Assembly (NCBI GenBank): GCA_036525235.1
Contig: DATDAV010000002.1
Coordinates: forward strand, 23,816-87,815
Direction: 5' to 3'
From: Chryseolinea sp.
GTDB lineage: Bacteria > Bacteroidota > Bacteroidia > Cytophagales > Cyclobacteriaceae
Length of the DNA stretch: 64,000 nt
The notes below the pieces were generated by a model, which did not search any database, was not told where the DNA came from, and saw nothing but the letters and a program-made list of their open reading frames with translations. The position numbers and the translations under genes are program-made. Each line of letters opens with the position of its first letter. The first letter of the stretch is position 1. Below, one piece after another: positions 58,010 through 64,000 of the stretch.

Positions 58010-58306
58010 TTATCTGCTTAAATGGGCGATACACTTGTCGATCTCTCGAATGTATTCATCCACTTTCTTCTTCAACTCCGAAACACTTCCGTCTTCCGGG
58101 TTTAAACTATCCACAATTTTAGTGATTTTCGCTTGATTATGAAAGCCTGACAGCTGCTCATCGCGGGCGCGAATGGCTCCCTTCAGATCCTGGTTCTCTT
58201 TTTTCAGGCTTTTCAGCTCTTCCTTTAGGTTCTTGTGCTCGTTGACGAGCACCAAGATTTTGCGCTCCAACCCGTTGAGGTTGGTTTTTAAGAGTTCCTG
58301 ATCCAT
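58010..58306 (-). CDS. Coiled-coil protein (ZapB-like)
   Basis: Heptad-rich, ends EYIREIDKCIAHL; between pheT and zapA; start reset to 58306. Confidence 0.7.
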   Translation of the reverse strand: MDQELLKTNLNGLERKILVLVNEHKNLKEELKSLKKENQDLKGAIRARDEQLSGFHNQAKITKIVDSLNPEDGSVSELKKKVDEYIREIDKCIAHLSR

Positions 58307-58484
58307 GCGAATTTTTTTTGCCTTCGCCCACGCGTCGGCCGTTAAAACCAATTTATCTGTCGCAGCCCTCGATAAAATCCGAGAATCCGTCTTCCCTTCG
58401 TTCCACTCTGCACGCCGGGTCTCCAAATCTTATCCCCGCTGCCATCCTATAGTCATTACGTTCCAACCCAGGTCAAGGGTTGCC

Positions 58485-60902
58485 TTATTTCCGGATTACG
58501 GCCCCCAGTCGCTCCTCGAAGGCCGTCATCAATGCCGCCATGGTCTGGTCTATCTCCTCGTCCGTCAGGGTCTTCTGCTCGTTCAGCAGGGTGAAGCCCA
58601 GGGCATACGCTTTCTTTCCTTGCGGGATGTTCTCTCCTTCATACACATCGAACGCAATAATGTTTTTAATCAACCGCTTCTCGGTAGCCATGACCAGGTT
58701 GCGTATCTCATCGAAGCTAACCTGCTTGTCGATCACCAACGACAAGTCTCTCCTTACTTCGGGAAATTTCGTCACTTCCTGAATTACTAACTTAGGGTTT
58801 GCCGATTGGAAAAGCAAGGACGTATAAAGCTCAGCATAAAATAAATCCTGCTTCATGCCAAAATCTTTCAGCAATGCAGCTTTTACTTTTCCAACCTTGC
58901 CGATTTCCACATTTCCACGCAGCAACTTCACACCATATTCCAGTACAGGATCAGTAATGGATTCCTGCTTTAGGTTGCTTAGTCCCGATTTTAGCGCCAT
59001 ATGCTGTACGTGTTGCGCCAGGTCATAGTACGTTACGGCCTGCGTCTTATGCCGCCAGTTCTCCGTCTCCACGTTGCCCGTCATGTACAACGCCAGGCGC
59101 TCCTCCTCTTTATAGGCACCGTCTTCTTTATAATAGATCTTGCCAAACTCGTACACCTTCAGGTCTTTCTGCCGGCGGTTGATGTTATAGGCACAAACTT
59201 CCAACCCCGTAAACAGGAGCGTTTGCCGCAATATGCCTTGCTCCTCACTCAACTTGTTCAGGATCTCAATGGCTTCACCCTTAAACTTCAGGTTGTGCTT
59301 TTGCTGATAGGCATAATTGGTCAGCGAGTTGGTCCAAATTTCGTTGAAGCCATTGCCGGTCAGCAACTCGCCAAGATTCCGCTTATACTTGTCAATGTCC
59401 TTTACGGGAAACTCTGCCAGGAAGTCGGTGCGCGCAATGTCTGACAGTTCGATATTGTTGAAGCCATAAATGCGCAGAATCTCCTCCACCACATCCGCTT
59501 CCTGCATCACATCCACGCGATACGGAGGAACCGAAACTGTATACCGATCCTCTTTTACATCCATCACACGAATATCGAGCCTGGAAAGAATGCCGTGAAC
59601 TTCGTTTCGTGGAATGACCTTACCGATCAACCGGTTAACATTTTTGTCTTTTACTTCAATGCTCCGGTTTTGAATGGGTGCCGGATAAACATCGGTCACC
59701 GGCGACGAGATCTTTCCACCGGCAATTTCCCTGATCAACAACGCAGCGCGCTTCAATGCATACACGGTGATGTTCGGGTCGGTGCCCCGCTCGAAACGGA
59801 ACGATGCGTCGGTCTTTAACTGATGATGTTGTGATGTTTTACGAACATACACCGGCGAGAAACAGGCGCTCTCCAGGAAAATATTTTTCGATTGTTCGGT
59901 AATGCCCGACTTTGCACCGCCAAACACACCGGCGATGCACATGCCTTCTTCCTTGCCGTTGCAGATCATCAGGTCGGTATCGAGCAGTGTGCGTTCTTTA
60001 TTGTCGAGCGTCACGAATTTGGTGCCCGCGGGCAGGGTCTTCACAATCACTTTGCCTCCTGCAATCTGGTCGGCATCAAAGGCATGCAGCGGTTGTCCCA
60101 GTTCGTGGCAAACAAAGTTGGTAATATCCACCACGTTGTTAATGGGCGTGAGCCCGATTGCCAACAAGCGGTTCTTCAACCACTCGGGCGATTCCTTTAC
60201 GGTCACCCCGGAAAGCGTCACACCCGAATAGCGCGGACACGCCGCGGCATTCTGCACTTCGATGGGAATAGTAAGACTTGAATCGTCCGCGGCAAAGCTA
60301 TCCACCGACGGCCAGCGGATCTCGCGGCTCAGCGACGCTTTGATATCGCGCGCCACACCGATGTGCGATGCCGCATCCGCGCGATTGGGTGTTAACCCGA
60401 TCTCTATGATGTAGTCCGAAGAAATGTTATAGAAAGAAGCCGCGGGCGTTCCGTTGGGAACATCCGTATTCAGCACAATGATGCCGGCATGACTTTCGCC
60501 CAACCCAATCTCGTCCTCCGCGCAGATCATTCCTTCCGACTGCTCGCCGCGGATCTTCGCCAGCTTGATCGTGAAGGGCTCCCCTTTCGTGGGGTGCACG
60601 CTCGTTCCCGGAAGGGCTACTACCACTTTCTGGCCAGCCGCTACGTTGGGCGCTCCACAAACAATGGGCAAGATCCTGCCGCCACCAACATCTACCGTGG
60701 TCACCGAAAGTTTGTCGGCATTGGGATGCTTGGCGCTGGTGAGCACCTGGCCAATGACGAGCCCCTGCAATCCACCTTTCACGGTTTCATGCGCCTCCAC
60801 ACTCTCCACCTCCAGCCCCGTGTTGGTCAGCACCTTGCCAATGGCATCGGCGGTTTCAGGGATGTCGATATACTCCTTCAGCCAATTGTAAGAAATGGTC
60901 AT
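58485..60902 (-). CDS. pheT: Phenylalanine--tRNA ligase beta subunit
   Basis: MTISYNWL, HPNADKL, IVCGAPN, TPNRAD, CPRY, NNVVDITN, RFERG, FPEVRRDLS. Confidence 0.98.
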   Translation of the reverse strand: MTISYNWLKEYIDIPETADAIGKVLTNTGLEVESVEAHETVKGGLQGLVIGQVLTSAKHPNADKLSVTTVDVGGGRILPIVCGAPNVAAGQKVVVALPGTSVHPTKGEPFTIKLAKIRGEQSEGMICAEDEIGLGESHAGIIVLNTDVPNGTPAASFYNISSDYIIEIGLTPNRADAASHIGVARDIKASLSREIRWPSVDSFAADDSSLTIPIEVQNAAACPRYSGVTLSGVTVKESPEWLKNRLLAIGLTPINNVVDITNFVCHELGQPLHAFDADQIAGGKVIVKTLPAGTKFVTLDNKERTLLDTDLMICNGKEEGMCIAGVFGGAKSGITEQSKNIFLESACFSPVYVRKTSQHHQLKTDASFRFERGTDPNITVYALKRAALLIREIAGGKISSPVTDVYPAPIQNRSIEVKDKNVNRLIGKVIPRNEVHGILSRLDIRVMDVKEDRYTVSVPPYRVDVMQEADVVEEILRIYGFNNIELSDIARTDFLAEFPVKDIDKYKRNLGELLTGNGFNEIWTNSLTNYAYQQKHNLKFKGEAIEILNKLSEEQGILRQTLLFTGLEVCAYNINRRQKDLKVYEFGKIYYKEDGAYKEEERLALYMTGNVETENWRHKTQAVTYYDLAQHVQHMALKSGLSNLKQESITDPVLEYGVKLLRGNVEIGKVGKVKAALLKDFGMKQDLFYAELYTSLLFQSANPKLVIQEVTKFPEVRRDLSLVIDKQVSFDEIRNLVMATEKRLIKNIIAFDVYEGENIPQGKKAYALGFTLLNEQKTLTDEEIDQTMAALMTAFEERLGAVIRK

Positions 60903-61048
60903 TTGCTATACTGTAAAGGGTGTAAAAATAAGCCCTTTGAAAGGAAGTAAAAATAGTTTCCGTAAAAGAACTGAACCGAAAAGACCCATTCCACAAACAA
61001 CACAAGACACGCTTTGCGTCGGCAGCGTCTTTGGGGTTCAAAATGACT

Positions 61049-61666
61049 TCAGTGATAGGTCTTCTCCCCCGCCCGCAAGGCAACCTTCAGCAGGTTTTCC
61101 GCCGGAGGAAAGGGACATGAATATTTTTCGATATACGCACAATACGGATTGTAGGCTTTGTTAAAATCAAGGGCAATGGTATTGCTCCCGGGCGTCTTGT
61201 TCACGTCCAGGTAGCGTCCCGCACCATACGTTTCGGAAGCACTGGTCTCATCTCCAAACGCCAGGAAAAGCTTTCCACGGAAGGGCCCCATATCCGTCAC
61301 CTCCAGGATCAGCAGCCGGTTGTGAAAACCATCCAGGTCGAAATCGGCATAGGCATATTCGATATAGCGCTGTTCGTTGGCATCGCTGGTGGTGAGCACC
61401 ACCATCTTTTTATTTTGAATGGGCGTGATGTCGGCCGTGATCTTGTATTTGGGATCTACCGGGAAATACTTCAACCCTTCAAAGGCCTTTGCATCGGTAA
61501 CAAACGGCGATTCGGGCGATGTGCGCATGAAGCGTTCTTTTTCTTCCCGTTCTTTTTTTATTTCATCTACATAAGCAGACTGGTCATGGCTTCCCATGAA
61601 CGAGTACAGCACGCTTGCCAACACCACGGCAACGGCAAGGAGCAACAGTATGTTTTTTGTTTTCAT
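61049..61666 (-). CDS. DUF1684-family protein
   Basis: LKYFP, LFLAFGD.TS..ETYGAGRYL, LDFNKAYNPYCAY...CPFPP.EN. Confidence 0.85.
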   Translation of the reverse strand: MKTKNILLLLAVAVVLASVLYSFMGSHDQSAYVDEIKKEREEKERFMRTSPESPFVTDAKAFEGLKYFPVDPKYKITADITPIQNKKMVVLTTSDANEQRYIEYAYADFDLDGFHNRLLILEVTDMGPFRGKLFLAFGDETSASETYGAGRYLDVNKTPGSNTIALDFNKAYNPYCAYIEKYSCPFPPAENLLKVALRAGEKTYH

Positions 61667-62919
61667 GGAACCAGGATTTGCTGACGGAGTTTTCGTTCTT
61701 TCTCCTCCCAGGCGCGGACCGAATCTCGTTTGGGCTGCAGCAAGTTAAAAAATAAGGGAATCCCGTTATCGGCCAGGTCGCCCGGAGCGTTGGCCAGGAT
61801 GCACACGGCCAGGTGGTCTTTGGGGTTCACCGCCACTTCGCTGCGATAGCCGTTGACATAACCGCCGTGATATAACAAGGTATCGTCGGGATAATAAATC
61901 ACACGCCATCCTAAACCATAAAACGAATCGCTCAGCCGGTGCATCCGGCCATAGTTACGGTTCTTCGAGCGGGCTTTTACTTCCGGGGCGTATAGCTGTT
62001 TCAAGGTTTCCGGGGAAATCACGTCGGGGCGGTTGCCCAGCAAGGCAATCATCCACTGCGCCATATCGCTGATGCTGGCGTTCACGCCTCCGGCAGGGGC
62101 CACGTTATAATAGGTGGATGTGATCGCGGCGGGCACCCACTGGCTGCCACGGCGCTTATGGGGTTTGGCCACGTTGGTGCTTTGTTGGATGCCGGCATAA
62201 TCGATAGACGCCGTGAGCATATGCAGCGGACCGAACACCCGCAGGCGCATCTCGTCTTCATAACTCTTTCCGGTGGCCGATTCGATCACCCTCCCGATCA
62301 GGCTATACGCTACGTTCTGATAGCTGTAGGTTTCTCCTACTGGCGAGGACAGGGGAATTCTTTTGAGCCATGACAACATCGAATCCAACGGCTTGCCTTC
62401 CTCGACCATGTTGGTATAGGTGTGATAGGGCAGCCCGGTAGTATGGGACAACACATGGCGGATGGTGAGCTTCTGCGTTTCCTCCGGAGAGCTCAAAGCA
62501 AAATGCGGCAGGCGATCCACCACGCGGTCGTTCCAATGCAGCACGCTGTCTTGCACCAGGATGCCGGTGAGGAACGAGGCAAAACACTTGGACACCGAAG
62601 CGATGCGAAACAACGTGTTCACGTCCACGGGTTGCGACGCGTCGGCACTGCGACGGCCCATGCCTTTCAAAAAAACGATGGTGGAGTCCTGCACCACGGC
62701 AATGGCAGCACCGGGCGTACCCGAAGCTTCGGCCAGCACCTTGAGTTGCTCGTCATACGCTTGCAACACTTCAGCCAGGAAGGGATTGACCGGTTTGGGC
62801 CGGGCGGTGGCCTTCGGGGCAGGCTCCTTCAAGGCAGCCTTTTCCTTGGCAACCTGGGCCACCAAAAATGGTATGATGATCAGCAGGGCGCCGATAAAAA
62901 TATAGTGTTTCAATTTCAT
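61663..62919 (-). CDS. Serine hydrolase (beta-lactamase/PBP family)
   Basis: SxxK in FRIASVSK, LSHTTG, YxN in YSYQN, HGG. Confidence 0.9.
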   Translation of the reverse strand: MKLKHYIFIGALLIIIPFLVAQVAKEKAALKEPAPKATARPKPVNPFLAEVLQAYDEQLKVLAEASGTPGAAIAVVQDSTIVFLKGMGRRSADASQPVDVNTLFRIASVSKCFASFLTGILVQDSVLHWNDRVVDRLPHFALSSPEETQKLTIRHVLSHTTGLPYHTYTNMVEEGKPLDSMLSWLKRIPLSSPVGETYSYQNVAYSLIGRVIESATGKSYEDEMRLRVFGPLHMLTASIDYAGIQQSTNVAKPHKRRGSQWVPAAITSTYYNVAPAGGVNASISDMAQWMIALLGNRPDVISPETLKQLYAPEVKARSKNRNYGRMHRLSDSFYGLGWRVIYYPDDTLLYHGGYVNGYRSEVAVNPKDHLAVCILANAPGDLADNGIPLFFNLLQPKRDSVRAWEEKERKLRQQILVP

Positions 62920-62946
62920 CCTGCGGCTCCGGACAGTGGGGTCTCT

Positions 62947-63645
62947 TCACATCAGTCCTTCATCTGCAAAGCTAAAATATTTCCGGCCCGCCACGATAAT
63001 ATGATCCAGAACTTGTATGTCCAGCAGTTTACCGGCGGCTTTTAATCTTTGGGTTAGGTCGCGGTCTGCCATGCTTGGCTCCCGGTTTCCCGACGGGTGG
63101 TTGTGTGCCAGGATCACGCTGCAAGCCAATTCATCGAGCGCCGCTTTGAAGATGATCTTCGGATCGGCCACGGTGCCCGACACACCCCCCTGGCTCACCA
63201 TGCATTTTTTTATCACCCGGTTGGCCCGGTTCAAAAGAATGACCCAAAATTGTTCATGGGCAGCCTCGGCAAGTTCGCCCTGCAGCAGGTCATAAGCCGC
63301 CTGGGAACTCGCGATCGTAGGCTTTTTATCGGGAATAAAATCGACGCGCCGGCGTCCTAGCTCGAGGGCGGCCATCAGGGTGAGGGCCTTTGCTTCCCCT
63401 ATGCCCGCAATCTTTGTAAAGTCTTTTACGGTCAGGCCGCCAAAATCGTGAAGGTTGTTATTGACGCTTTTGAGCAGCTCCTTGGCCACATCCATGGCAT
63501 TGAGTGTAGCGGTGCCGGTGCACAGCAGAATGGCGATCAATTCTGCGTCGCTCAGGGCAGGCCTTCCTTTCTTGAGGAGTTTCTCACGGGGCTGGTCTTC
63601 GGGCGCCCAATCTTTGATGGTGATCTTTTGTTCTCTTGTCTTCAT
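62947..63645 (-). CDS. radC: RadC-family JAB-domain protein
   Basis: PREKLL, LSDAELIAILL, GIGEAKA, HNHPSG, PS..D, LDHII; start reset to 63645. Confidence 0.95.
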   Translation of the reverse strand: MKTREQKITIKDWAPEDQPREKLLKKGRPALSDAELIAILLCTGTATLNAMDVAKELLKSVNNNLHDFGGLTVKDFTKIAGIGEAKALTLMAALELGRRRVDFIPDKKPTIASSQAAYDLLQGELAEAAHEQFWVILLNRANRVIKKCMVSQGGVSGTVADPKIIFKAALDELACSVILAHNHPSGNREPSMADRDLTQRLKAAGKLLDIQVLDHIIVAGRKYFSFADEGLM

Positions 63646-63704
63646 ATCAGCTAACCGGCAGACCAAGATACGTCCTCCCCGCGGAATGAGTCCAAAAAAA
63701 ACAC

Positions 63705-63734
63705 AAAAAAATAAGCCCTGTCCAACAGGGCTTA
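63705..63734 (-). terminator. Intrinsic terminator of rpsT
   Basis: AAGCCCTG-TCCAA-CAGGGCTT with a T-run on the minus strand. Confidence 0.8.
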
Positions 63735-63768
63735 CAAAGTATTGTATAGCAAAGGATTGACTCCTTAG

Positions 63769-64000
63769 TTACGCGAGCTTGTTAACGAATTTGGTCAGTT
63801 TCGACTTCTGATTGGCAGCTTTTTTCCAATGAATCACGTTTTTCTTTGCCAATTTATCAATCATCGAAGAAACTTCTTTCAAAAGCCCCACAGCTTCCGT
63901 TTTCACGGTAGAGCTTCTCAATTTCTTGATGAAAGTACGGGTAGTCTTATGCTGATAGCGGTTTCTTACACGCTTGATTTCGTTGGCGCGGATTCTTTTT
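63769..64000 (-). CDS. rpsT: 30S ribosomal protein S20 (start outside the window; not in the ORF track)
   Basis: Hand translation: KRIRANEIKRVRNRYQHKTTRTFIKKL...IDKLAKKNVIHWKKAANQKSKLTKFVNKLA*. Confidence 0.95.
   Translation of the reverse strand, partial: KRIRANEIKRVRNRYQHKTTRTFIKKLRSSTVKTEAVGLLKEVSSMIDKLAKKNVIHWKKAANQKSKLTKFVNKLA

Noticed and set aside
62947-63645. radC as a marker of a mobile element
   Set aside because: Full-length form next to rpsT, with no integrase, att repeat or composition shift

Overview
Chromosomal segment of a Bacteroidetes bacterium, most likely order Cytophagales. This is inferred from SusC/SusD, a T9SS C-terminal domain, TAnnTTTG -7 promoters, and the pheT-zapB-like-zapA-rny and lepA-folD-queE gene orders. 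About 62 CDS are supported. No tRNA, rRNA, CRISPR array, integrase or transposase was recognised. Left to right: an AT-richer signalling cluster (NarL regulator, REC-PAS-HisKA_3 hybrid, two PAS kinases) plus an orphan T9SS cargo protein; lpxB, queD and a stand-alone SusC/SusD pair; an OmpA/PD40-pabC-pabB-queE-folD-lepA run with an inserted 11-aa-repeat gene; mixed housekeeping genes; a divergent Zn-ribbon/short-SSB pair; a tandem array of five paralogous small beta-barrel genes containing a decayed ssb relic; a BatA-dihydroorotase-like-DUF4199x2-GT2x2 run; a TonB-receptor operon with three DUF4249-type lipoproteins and an 802-aa MG2-like protein; then rny, zapA, pheT, a serine hydrolase, radC and rpsT. 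The best candidates for undescribed biology are the five-barrel array and its duplication scar, the TBDT/3xDUF4249/MG2-like operon, the catalytically dead dihydroorotase homologue, and the Zn-ribbon/SSB module with phased repeats and a structured leader. All family assignments come from motif recognition by eye; no database searches were run.
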